From the NCBI RefSeq assembly GCF_009914755.1, contig NC_060938.1: 64,000 nt of DNA; one strand, 5' to 3'. Source of the DNA: the human T2T-CHM13v2.0 reference genome, Homo sapiens. How positions within the stretch are numbered: position 1 is the first letter of the stretch; each line of letters starts with the position of its first letter. Both the position numbers and the translations under genes were made by a program. The notes beneath the pieces were generated by a model. It was not told where the DNA came from, did no database searches, and was given only the letters and a program-made list of their open reading frames with translations. Positions 62,526 through 64,000 of the stretch are shown here, one piece after another.

Positions 62526-64000
<1,475 letters not shown>

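Overview
This is primate, most likely human or great-ape, heterochromatic DNA. It is not prokaryotic and contains no ordinary gene. The whole window is a composite macrosatellite. Eleven degenerate, GC-rich D4Z4-like units (A-K), each with a DUX4-like double-homeobox pseudogene or fragment, alternate with nine blocks of 68-bp beta-satellite (Sau3A/BSR). This is the LSAU-BSAT composite type known from acrocentric short arms and other pericentromeric sites; the exact locus cannot be fixed from the sequence. Complete units (about 2.4-2.8 kb) start at one shared beta-sat/D4Z4 junction. They run through promoter, DUX4-like ORF, exon 2, an LSau-like segment and a pLAM/exon-3-like segment, then rejoin beta-satellite at a second shared junction. 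This mirrors the distal end of 4qA, but without the ATTAAA poly(A) signal. Orientation is + for 1-25748, - for about 25749-51845 and + for 51846-64000. No full-length 424-aa DUX4 ORF survives. The main points of interest are: (1) a 227-aa chimeric ORF with two open homeodomains and a new C-terminal tail made by the left inversion junction; (2) a 1.35-kb-arm inverted repeat at that junction that could yield anti-DUX4 dsRNA; (3) the pLAM/exon-3 segment appears to be an ATG-deleted copy of the DUX4 5' region, and the poly(A)-signal position is a plain beta-sat monomer; (4) templated-insertion junctions; (5) a conserved monomer order showing that unit plus satellite were amplified together. Comparisons with DUX4, D4Z4 and pLAM are from recalled reference sequence and by-eye alignment and should be confirmed computationally.
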